Below are positions 53,875 to 64,000 of a stretch of 64,000 bases of DNA, piece after piece. The stretch is taken from NCBI RefSeq assembly GCF_964204645.1, contig NC_134026.1:3061950-3125949 (forward strand), read 5' to 3'. Source of the stretch: Tubulanus polymorphus. Taxonomy: Eukaryota > Animalia > Nemertea. The first letter of the stretch is position 1. Each line of letters starts with the position of its first letter. The translations under genes and the position numbers were made by a program. The notes below the pieces were generated by a model. It saw only the letters and a list, made by a program, of their open reading frames with translations. It made no database searches and was not told where the DNA came from.

Positions 53875-55394
53875 TAGTGCTTATATAGCGCCTTTCCAAT
53901 GAATGCTCAAAGCGCTGTCACTCAATTATTACCCAGCTTCTGTTACCAATCCAGTACATTCTTACTCTCCCTGGGGAGATGCAACACCGATACGCTGCAG
54001 AGCGATCAAGGCGTCGTCAGCCAGTAGCAATTGTGAATTAATGCCTTGCCTAAGGACACTACAGCACAGCCGGGGTTCGAACACACAACCTCCCGATTGG
54101 GGGGCGAGCACTCTACCGCTAAGCCACACTGCTCCACACATTTGATGCACGAGCTTTCGTTTCTAATGAATAGAAGCTTCATCAACTCATTCACCTGATG
54201 AAGCTATACAGTACTACTCGTCTCATTACTTATTCTAAATCTGTAATCATCAATCTGAATAATCGATTAATGATGACAAACATTCAGAGTAAGCCAATAC
54301 ATACCATTAGGGTGCCATATTTTGGAGACAAAAGTCATTTTTGGCGGTTTATAGGGATATTCTTGTGGAAAAGTCAAATGTGCTTTGAAAAGTCCTCCTT
54401 CACTAGAAATGTAAAGGAACAAATCACATCAGAGATAGCTTTCGTAGACTAGGTTCCTAAAACTTTTACAGGATGCCTACTTACTAGCAAGTTTCTGGTG
54501 GGCCAACGACACAAACTTCCCATTTAAACAAATCGTTATCATCGATGAGACCAGCGGAATAGCCAGTGTGTTTACACTTACCAATATCTGAAATTAAAAT
54601 AAATCAAACCATATTATAGGAGCGTTGTAAGCCTAACTGAGATACTGTAAATTGATTTTTCAGCCAGTATAGGTCAGACAGGGTGCGGTCAAATGTTCAG
54701 AAAGGCCCAGTCTCACAGGCCCGAGTGATCAAATATTTAGAAAGGCAGTCACCCTTGCATTTCAGTTTCATTTGTCCTACAGTTTCTTCTCTTTATCTAG
54801 ATCATAAGCATCACTGCGTTTCGTAATTGGCAACTGACTCCCCTCTGGAACTCCCCTTTTGAAATTCAAACCAAGTTCCACTCATTTCACAAGGTCACAA
54901 TTTCTAAAACACACTTTCGATGGAATTTTTAAAATTTTAGAGGTTTGACTGTTTGGGAAGCATATCCAAAGCACCTGATTTTCAAAACCAACTCGGGGAC
55001 GGACACCCCTCACTGCGCAGATACCCACGCCATTCGCGCCCAGTTTCCAGGTTACTAAATGTTGCTTTCGACTTCCCTTTTTTGAAATATCAGGTGACGC
55101 CCGTGTGGTTTGTACATCAGGGTCTTTATAGATCCAATTTACTAAACACTTAAAACTGATAGGCTGATATGTAGAAAACCGACTGAATCGAATGATGAGC
55201 CTGTTGATGATAATTGGTACCGAATGAAGGCGAATGATTCCAAGAAAACGCAGCGCACACATCTTTACACAAAAGAATTTAAAAGTACAATTATGGCTGA
55301 ATAAATCGCTTAATCGGGCATAAAACTATATCTATTTAACAAAATTACCCAGAAGCTGCTTTCTCAATAAGGCGACGGCTGTTGTGGAGGCCAT
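52973..55394 (-). CDS. UBE2G1: Ubiquitin-conjugating enzyme E2 G1-like, copy A (5 coding exons)
   Basis: [70 protein letters not shown] (acidic loop of the Ubc7/Cdc34 class), SPANIDAA. Confidence 0.88.
53755..54242. mobile_element. Penelope-like insertion with inverted segment and hammerhead-like core, interrupted by a SINE
   Basis: Absent from the paralogous intron of copy B; flanked by attctaaatct (53755-53765, 54232-54242); ~36-bp inverted repeat at 53791-53826 and 54204-54239; minus strand reads tTGATGA-agc-TTCTA-ttcat-TAGAA-ac-GAAAGCTC. Confidence 0.55.
53845..54139 (-). mobile_element. tRNA-derived CORE-type SINE with (TTA)n tail
   Basis: A box tggcttagcggt, B box gttcgaaccc, CORE-like gtgtccttaggcaaggca, L2-like end ggcgctatataagcactaattattatta; atttgat on both flanks (53838-53844, 54140-54146). 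Confidence 0.85.
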
Positions 55395-56502
55395 GGGTCC
55401 AGTATTTAGGTATTTTTTCGCCTCTTCGTAATAATAAGCCACCGACTGCAATGAGTGGTGAGGAGAGTAGTGGTGCTACTGATCGCGCTGACGCATGCGC
55501 GAATACTAAATTCAATCAATTTTGTTGCTAAACCGGATGTTGATTTCTAGTGGAGGCCACGTGCTCGATAAATGTCAAAATATACAAGACGTCCTGGATC
55601 ATTCAGAATGCTCAGTGTACATCGAGAAAATCAATAAAAGATATTGAAAGTCTACATTCAAATTAAAACATATTTTTTTGTAGAAATAAATTTATTTTTC
55701 GTAACAAAAAATGATTCAGATTCCTGATTCACATTATATATAACTACAATTTACTACAATTTCATGATTTTACTTATGTACAAACATAACTATCATTAAA
55801 TTAACCCAGTCCTGGTAGTGTCTACTATCCTCAGTGATCTCTGTTCAGCTCAACAATCCTCAGACACTATAAGGTTTTTGGTGAACATTTAAGTTGAACT
55901 CTGACAAAACACGAACAACTAATTAAGTTACAATGGACTCACAGCAAAAAAAAACAGGAAAACAGTAAAGTGTGTACGAACAATTGTACACATGATATGT
56001 ACTATCAGGAAAATAACATCCAAAAAAACAATAGAACATAAAATGTAAATACCAAAAGAATCACCACTGAAAGTAAACTTTTCATTCAGATTCAAGTCGA
56101 TTCAACTAATTAGGTAACTAATTAGGGCTTTATACATACACAGAGAAATAAATACACACTACAGAAAAAAGGTAATTCAGAAATAAGATCAATATAATTA
56201 GGACATTTTCAATATTATGATCATTCGAGTCTTTCAAATACAATAGACGGAAGCAGTAAACTGGTAGTTTTTCCTTGATGCAATAGAAGTTTGGTTTCGA
56301 GGTATAACTCGTACAAGTCATATGGGGGAACAGTCTAGGAATAATTTAAGTTAGCATAAACAACACCTGCTTGAGTTCTGATATTTTCCGCTGCCACCAG
56401 CACAAATGGCACTGAAACAATGAAAAATAAACAGTGTATTTATACGGATATTACCACTAGTAAACATATATGTCACTATACATACCCTCATCAATTCAAT
56501 CT

Positions 56503-58059
56503 TCACAACTTCAGCAATGAGTCATTTACATTTTTCGACACCTCCTTCCTGAAAGCTTCGTAATCTTCCCTGAATTGTATCTGTAAAATGAAAGGGCAAA
56601 CATTTCTTCCAGTTCAGAAAAAACTTTCAGCATAGTCTGATTGAACAATTACACTATTCGTGACAGTAGCAGAGTCGAGCAGTTGAAGAGAACTTTACAC
56701 CATTTCAGTGACTCAAAGAATTAAAGAAATATATACCATGGGACATTCACTCAATCTCAATAACTTAATATGGCAGAAAGCTGACCAAAGCAGGGCAAAG
56801 TTTACTTGATGATGACTTACTGCTGCATCGATATTGGCAGGTGATTCTGTACCGGTATAAGGATCGGATAGCATTGAAATCACACTGAGTAATATCGATT
56901 CGACAGTATGTATCGGTAACCATCGTTCACTCGCTCTTTCATAGCCATATTTATCTTCCCCGGGTTCATGTAGTATTGATATACACACCGTGCCATCGCT
57001 GTGAACTGAAATATACACGGCCATTCAATGCATTTAATAGGTTAATTCAATTTCATTCTAATTCTGTAATGATCATTCTGAATAATAGATTAATAATGAC
57101 AAACTTTCCAAGTAAACCAATTACATACCATTAGGATGCCATATTTCGGAGACAAAATTCATTTTTGGGGGTTTATCTGGATATTCATGTGGAAAAATCA
57201 AATGCGCTTTGAAATATCCTCCTTCACTAGAAATGAAAATGAACAAATCACATCAAACAGACATATAACTTCTGTAGACCAGGTTTACAGGAGGCCTACT
57301 TACTAGCAAGTTTCTGGTGGGCCATAGACACAAACCTCCCATCTATATATATCATCATCATCAATAAGACCAGCGGAAAAGCCCATGGTTGGAGATTTAT
57401 TCATTGCTGAAATATGAAAAAACAGGAGAGTTTTCAGCTGAGATACTATAGATACAGGCCAGGCCTCACAGAGTGGTCAATGTTTAGAAAGGCATTCACC
57501 ATTGCATTTTAGATTCATAACAGTATTTCTTTCACTTGTCAAAGCCCTACGTCTAGTGGGATTAGCAACTGACCCTTTTGAAATTTAAGTTCTGCTCTTT
57601 TTTTACAAGGTTGAAATTTCTAGCTATACATACGCTTCCGGGGAATTTTTGAAATTTTGGTGGTTTACTGTTTGGGAAGTGCATCCGAGGTGCTGATTTT
57701 CAAAATTGGGGTGGACTTCCAAACCCCCCATTCTCATGATTCTGCAGATGTGCCTTTGCATTCAGTTTTCCGGTTATTGCTGATTTCGACCTCCCCTCTG
57801 AAACGTATCCAGTGACGAACAGTCGTTTGTCACAAACTTGGCCAGGTGTCGAAAATCAAATTTACAACATTATCCATGTTATCCTACCAGTCAAACTTAT
57901 AGATCCAATAAACTAACACTTGAAAAAAACGAGAAAACTGATCCAATAAACTAACACTTGAAAAAAACGAGAAAACTGACTGGCCTAAATCTTCATCTAT
58001 TCCAAAAAAATACCCGCAAGCTCCTTTCTTAATAACAATGCTCCTCTTTCCTCAGTCAT
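56503..58059 (-). CDS. UBE2G1: Ubiquitin-conjugating enzyme E2 G1-like, copy B (5 coding exons)
   Basis: [39 protein letters not shown], catalytic VCISILH; same intron positions as copy A; TGA at 56505-56503. Confidence 0.88.
57902..57977. repeat. Perfect 38-bp tandem duplication in intron 1 of UBE2G1 copy B
   Basis: gatccaataaactaacacttgaaaaaaacgagaaaact x2. Confidence 0.9.
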
Positions 58060-58123
58060 GGTGCCAGTATTTCAGTGGTTTTTCGCTAAGTAATGTTTAT
58101 ATTTTCACAGTGGGTGTGGGAGA

Positions 58124-58228
58124 GTAGTGTGTAGTGCTTCCATAGAGAAATGTAAACTGTAGTTGACATTTCTATAGAGAAACGTAAACTGTAGTTGACA
58201 TTTCTATATATGGTAGTTCCACACTACT
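58124..58228. repeat. Palindromic insertion containing two 32-bp self-complementary units, upstream of UBE2G1 copy B
   Basis: agtagtgtg...cacactact outer arms; atagagaaa(t/c)gtaaactgtagttgacatttct x2; absent from the copy A promoter. Confidence 0.7.
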
Positions 58229-59898
58229 GATCACACTGACGCATGCGCGAATAATACAATCATCGCTATACAATAACGGATGTTGATTTCTAGTGGAAGG
58301 CAGGTGCTCGAGTATTTCAAAGATATATCTTGGAGTTATCATTTTCAAATGATTACTCCAAGAATATATATACATTCAAGTTGTCCTAATATAGCTCTGG
58401 ATCCTGCAGAATATCAAAAGTCTATCAAAAGAAACTACGATGTCATAATCCTACACAAAATTACAATTATAAGTAACCAGCACAAAATATACATTCAATT
58501 TAAAACACATGTTTTTTTTAGTAGAAATAGATGTATTCTTCATAACAAAAAATGATTGATATTCCTGATTTACATGTTTATATTACAACAATTTACATAC
58601 ACAGAGGTTATTTTCAAAGTTAATGTTTAGAATGAAACTAGAAATTCAGCGGTGGGGGTTTTAAAACAAGGACATACAGAAAAGACATGATTTTACCGAC
58701 GCACAAACATAACATTATCAACACTGAACTCTAACAATACATGAACACTATAACATATTCCAATGGATTGGACTCACAGCAAACGTACAGGAAAGTGTGT
58801 TGATAAAAATGTATTCAATAGAAAAATTATAAGATGAGCGATTCTACTAAATTACAGTTATCTAAACTTTATTAAACTTTAGTATTTTGTAGGTTATATA
58901 TCGTTATATAATCTATTGTGATTGCAATCTAATTTACCTATCCTATGTAATCATGCACTATACAGAGCAATCAAATATTTCTTTGCTTCCTAAATCATCA
59001 AATTTTGCCATCAACCTATCAGGTAGCCCTCGATTAGAAGGGATGACATACTTTTGGAATTTTCCTATTGAGCTTTTCAGTCGGCTTTGAAATAAATATA
59101 CAGTCGTGTTATGAAAGCGTGAAAAGACTTAAATGCAACAGAAATGAATGATGTTCAATTGAGTGCACTGAATGTAGTACAATAAAAACAAAGACTTCCA
59201 CTTTCACAAGAACAACTAAGACACATCAACAAACAAACTCTTTTTTGACAAGTAGTATTGGTGATGATCAATTACAGACAAGGTGGACACAGAGGAAATT
59301 CCAAACCCATTAACATAAGCACATTTTGTATAATAGGCCCCTCTCTTACCAGGCAATAATAGATACACAGGGCCAACTTTGTTTAGTAACCCAAGACGTC
59401 TTTGTGAAGTAACTCAGTTTAGATAATTCAATTCGATCGAACCGGCTCACAAAAACGCCTCCAGTTAAATTGTCATAGCAGCCACCATATTATTAAGAGG
59501 GATTTATTCATATAAGTCTATATCTTTGACCGGTATATCAATATATCTCAGCATGACACAATTTATTTGGCTTTTTCATTTTCAATCAAATAATGTTATA
59601 ATTCTCTATTTTTGAGAAATCATTTTCTATTTGCAGCAGTCAAGAGATTTCTAATTAGGAATGATTATCAATAAGAGTTTGACAGCAGTATCAGAGCACT
59701 CGATGCTCTTAGTGAAGCAAAAATGCACGGCACTCTGAATTACCCCAAAAGTGCCGGATAAATTTTGTAATATTCATTCAATAGTCAAACCATTCGACTA
59801 GGACCTGGGCCTGAAACGAAGCTCGAAAAATACATCACTCTGATCAAGAATCAATTTTGAAACAACATATTTGGCACGTTGACTAGGAAAATGAAGCC

Positions 59899-62800
59899 TC
59901 ACAGATGAACCACATCAATAACATCATCTTCATCCAAATCCACATCATTCGGGGTTTGAGTCGGTAAGATCTCTTCGCCGTCAAAGAAAAACTTCAACTT
60001 TTTCAAATCGACAGTCCGTTCAACAGAATATTTCAACATAGCTTTCTGAAGAGGCTCATCCTGAAATTGATTATAAAATATGTATGGCTTTGAGCTAGAA
60101 CTTATGCATTCTTTGAATGTTTCCCCAATACAGAGGAACCATAGGTTAGGAACATATTTTTGGTCTCCTGAAGTTTGTTGTAACGACGAGGTATCTTAAT
60201 TACCTTCATTAAACTGGCCGACAGTTTAGTTTTATATCCTTTCGTTTGCAGGAATATTTTGATACCTCCACTGCAGATTTCCTCGGCCAATGGTTGGTCG
60301 TCGCATTGCACGGTGAAACCTTCAATATAACAATACCACACATAAAGTTAAACAAACTAGAAAATAATCAATCCAACAATCAATATTGAGAAGACTGCCG
60401 ATTCCTTTTTAAAAGGAATACATCATCCTAAAAGTTTTAGAATGATGTATTTCATGAATAACTGCGTGGCAGAAACATGCGTGAACATGCTAGCGACTAT
60501 GACAAAATTCGATAATTACTGTACAATATTTGATAATTGACAAAATGCAAGAAATTGAACAAAACTTACTGAGAATATCAGCTACAGTGAGATTGTGTTT
60601 AGCGGGTGTATCATAGGGACGAATTGTCGCATCTCTGACGAGTAACATACATCGATCCGATGGTAGACCTTCTTTTGCCGCCATTTCTACAATAACTCGA
60701 TGAAACGGTTCGTCCTGAGTCATACAGATCCTGTGAATACCCGATCTACTCCGTACTTTAATGATGATTGCTTTCTGAGCGACCGGTGACAGCAGCGTGA
60801 CGTCGCTAAATGAGTCATCGATCCCTGTTTCCTGAGTGTTTATTGACGAAATGTTTGACAGCACTTTTACGTGATCAAGACTCCTACAATAAAGAGTGAA
60901 TTAATGTTATCATTAAATAAAATTTCATTTTGTTGAAAAGGTAAAATGAGAAGCTAGACTTGACCAGTTGTGACAGCTGTAAATTAGTCAAAAACCTTCA
61001 TAGGCTACATGGTTACTGGGAGTACCAAATCTCTATATGACGTCCATGTTACCGGGGCGTCAAAACTATTGTGAAAACTTATAAAATCTCCTAGTAAGGG
61101 TAGATTTCATAGTACCGCGGTGATGAATTTTTGGGTGGAGCATTTCAAGGATTACGCATTACTATATTTTACATTTTCTTAGGTGAGGAAGTCAAAAAGG
61201 ACCCTGGATCTGCACCTGTCATTAAAGTGATGAACCTTCACACAAGTTACTTTTCCGAACCAAAAAAGTATGCAAGCAATCAACGTCATATATTTTACCT
61301 CAATGCATCTTTAACATCTTTTTTCTGTCTCTTTTTGCGCTCGGGTTGAGCTATATTAGGCGGTGGTGTTGGGGGAGGGGGTGGCGGAGAGGGGGATCTA
61401 TTCGGAGTTCGATCATCAACGTACAATGTACTCGAATCTGGAGAATAACATCTACAAAAACAATAGAACGTAAAATGTTTAATACCAAAAATCCACCTGG
61501 TAATCTAAACTACTCAGAAGTCCGGATTCTTTACCCGGTATCGCGTAAAGTTTCACTCGGTGAATTCTCTTTTTCGCTGCTGGATCTTGTAACGCGGTTA
61601 GTTCGAGCTCTCAAACGAACATTTGAATTACTGATCCCTTCTTCTACAAAACATGGAGAGTGAATCGTCATAATATATACATTCACAAACAAACTAATAC
61701 AAACACGTACAAATTTTTGCAATTTCGATGAAGAGCCATTCCTATGAATAAGAAGTGAAATGTAAATGTCAGCCTAGGCATATAATGAAGAGAAAATTCT
61801 CATGCCAAGATTGCTGCTTGCCTCCCACTTGAGACATTACCGCTAGAAAATGAGAAGAGCTACGCAATTATTTGGCAAAATCATGCCTAATGTCTATTTC
61901 AACCTGACTTGAGAGCATTCCAGGTGGCCTAGCTCAGTCAGTTTTCGTGGTACATACCTGATAAAAGTCTTATAAGGACCAGAATGCATTGGCAGTCGAC
62001 CTAAATCATAATTTTTTAATCCATTTGAAACTGTATTGAAGGATATCCAAAAAATCTGCATTGAGAGGGGTTCCTGAGAGAAAAGAGACTCCATGATTTG
62101 AAAGTTTAACAATATGTCTCCATGCCTACCAACAGAAACTTGATACGTAGGCATGGAAACATATTGTTAAACTTTCAAATCATGGAGTCACTTCTCTTCA
62201 TTTAACCCCTTTCAGTGAAGACTTTTTGGATATCCTTCAATACAGTTTCAAATGGATTAAAAAATGATGATTTAGGTCGACTGCGTGTCCTTTCTGGTCC
62301 TATTAAGACCTTTATCAGGTATGTACTACCAAAAATTAGTGAGCTAGGCCGGCCGGAATGCTCTCAAGTCAGTTGAAATAGACATTACCACAAATTAAAT
62401 TTTGAAATGAATTCGAATCTTCACCTATCAGTACTTACCATCAGAAGATGCAGCCGTTTCTTTTGCTATTAAATTCAAACCCTTATTTTGGAATGACGTA
62501 AAACACTGATTCACTTTGTTTGTGTAAACACACGATTTCGCCGACGTTTCAACCGCCGAATTTAAAGATTTATTATTGTTGATTTTGCCTCGGATCGTCT
62601 TCCTGCTGATGTTCCGCACTGTACGTGACGGCTTCTTTTTTGTCGGAGGCGAATCAGTGTTCGAATCGCTGGATAATTCTTTAACCACCGGCATCGGTTT
62701 GCTCTTTTCATCGACACTCTCGTTAAATGAGCAGTCGAAATTCGGCAACTTCAAAGCATTACCCTGATCAAAGAAAATTGGTTTATTTTAGTAATTAGTA

Positions 62801-63008
62801 TGACCAATCAATAACATTTCTGAGGAGGCATTCTTACTCCTAGAGTCGTTTTAAGACGTTGATCGATGAAAGCTTATTCAAAGACCCTACGTCAAAGACT
62901 CAATCAAGACATTAGATTGCTCAGATAACTTACGCGGAAGTTGGCTTTAGCGTTGTTAGAACTTCTTTCCAATTCTTCATCGCTGGACAATACCAAAACA
63001 TCCGCCAT
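59899..63008 (-). CDS. NFATC2IP: NFATC2-interacting protein / Rad60-Esc2 (RENi) family with two C-terminal SUMO-like domains
   Basis: N-terminal SIM-like VLVLSSDEE; SLD1 IIIKVRSRSGIHRI..PYDTPAKHNLTVADIL; SLD2 LKFFFDGEEILPTQTPNDVDLDEDDVIDV. Confidence 0.8.
61889..62387. mobile_element. ~500-bp foldback element (two ~240-bp inverted arms, ~17-nt loop) in an NFATC2IP intron
   Basis: aatgtctatttcaac..tgacttgagagcattcc / ggaatgctctcaagtca.gttgaaatagacatt; centre ccatgcctac-caacagaaacttgatac-gtaggcatgg. Confidence 0.85.
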
Positions 63009-63654
63009 TTTAACTCTCAGATTCTTCTCATCGCCGATAGATGGCGCTCGTCCAATCAATTTTTTGCTGCCTTCATTTACAAAAACATGAGATGAGATAT
63101 AAACAAAGGAATTAGGAACGATGGTAATGTACGGTACGGAGTGGATAATGAAATATGTCTAGCTAAGGCCTCGAAATAAGAGGAAAAGAGATGACGTCCT
63201 GTCGGAAGATAGATGGCGCTGCAATAGTAAGTTGATGTGTCAAAATGTCAAAATTTCCAATTCTAACTCGAATTTACGGTTATTATCAAACATAAGATGC
63301 TGATAATGTGAATTAAAGGAAAGAACTGAATTATACCCACCATTCTTCAGACAGTCTTTACATCTTTTTAGTCTTAAAACCCGGAAAAATGTGTTTAAAC
63401 CGTGCGCCGGTTCAGTCAATTCAATACAAATTTAAGAGAAGACTGAAATTTATTTCAACTGTTTTCATTGTGGGTTGAAATGTACAAACATCTATAGCTG
63501 GAGAAAATATGAAACTTCTCATGTATTTCAATGCTGCTAATATTTCCCTTTTAGATGAAATTCTGCAAGAGTGCCTTTTTGTCGCGAAATGATTAGTCCG
63601 ATGAATATGGGTCTTTCCTAGTTTGATAGCGAGTCTTTGTAAGGTGTGAGAAAA

Positions 63655-64000
63655 ATGAATCTTAGACCTATAACTCGGAAGATACCTCTCGGTTTTTGGT
63701 ACGGAAGTCTAAGTTTCTTCCAATCGATGCTTCACAACTTATTTCTGTTGTACCACATCGAAACGTTCGTTTCCGTTTATAAAATAGACAAGACTTCATT
63801 TTGGATCGGCGAAACGATATTTCTCATTTGGAATTCGTGTAACGACCCGCTTTTCGGTTGGATCAGCGATAAAAACCTTCTGAAAACCGCGGATGAAGTT
63901 CCGGTGCCTAACATCGTCCAGAAACGATTATCAGCTCTCGCGTGGAACGGACCCCTTTACGGATTATCGTTTATGACTTTCTGGTTTGAATGGGCTCCGC
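63655..64000 (+). CDS. MFSD13A: MFSD13A / TMEM180 transporter-like protein, 5' part
   Basis: YGSLSFFQSMLHNLFLLYHIETFVSVYKIDKTSFWIGETIFLIWNSCNDPLFGWISD; in-frame TAA upstream at 63640-63642. Confidence 0.88.
   Translation, partial: MNLRPITRKIPLGFWYGSLSFFQSMLHNLFLLYHIETFVSVYKIDKTSFWIGETIFLIWNSCNDPLFGWISDKNLLKTADEVPVPNIVQKRLSALAWNGPLYGLSFMTFWFEWAP

Noticed and set aside
54065-54135. tRNA gene
   Set aside because: A and B boxes are present but run into a CORE-like body and (TTA)n tail, so it is a SINE head.
58142-58205. CRISPR-like 32-bp palindromic repeats
   Set aside because: Only two adjacent units with no spacer, in a eukaryotic context with no cas genes.

Overview
Eukaryotic, gene-dense animal DNA with AT-rich, mostly ~60-400 nt GT-AG introns. 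The compact layout and gene set suggest an invertebrate, probably a lophotrochozoan (inference only). About 15 protein-coding genes can be read, in order: DGCR2/IDD-like (-, runs off the left edge), DENND10/FAM45A (+), an SLC6 Na+/Cl- amino-acid/neurotransmitter transporter (+), two tandem intronless rhodopsin-type GPCRs (+), CENPJ/SAS-4 (-), a Gpc1-type glycerophosphocholine acyltransferase (+), alpha-catenin (-), ARPC3 (+), cytospin-A/SPECC1L (-), an N-myristoylated TLDc protein (+), two tandem UBE2G1-like E2 genes (-), NFATC2IP/Rad60-like (-) and MFSD13A/TMEM180 (+, runs off the right edge). The most notable observations are five. (1) A hidden in-frame 30-nt microexon with downstream Rbfox motifs in alpha-catenin. 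(2) An animal Gpc1 gene. (3) Two Penelope-like inserts carrying degenerate minimal hammerhead ribozyme cores, one interrupted by a CORE-type tRNA SINE. (4) A diverging UBE2G1 duplication with a conserved 3'UTR intron and a palindrome inserted in one promoter. (5) Recurrent CTCF-like motifs at gene boundaries. Gene names come from recognising motifs by eye, not database searches, and exon boundaries were read manually.
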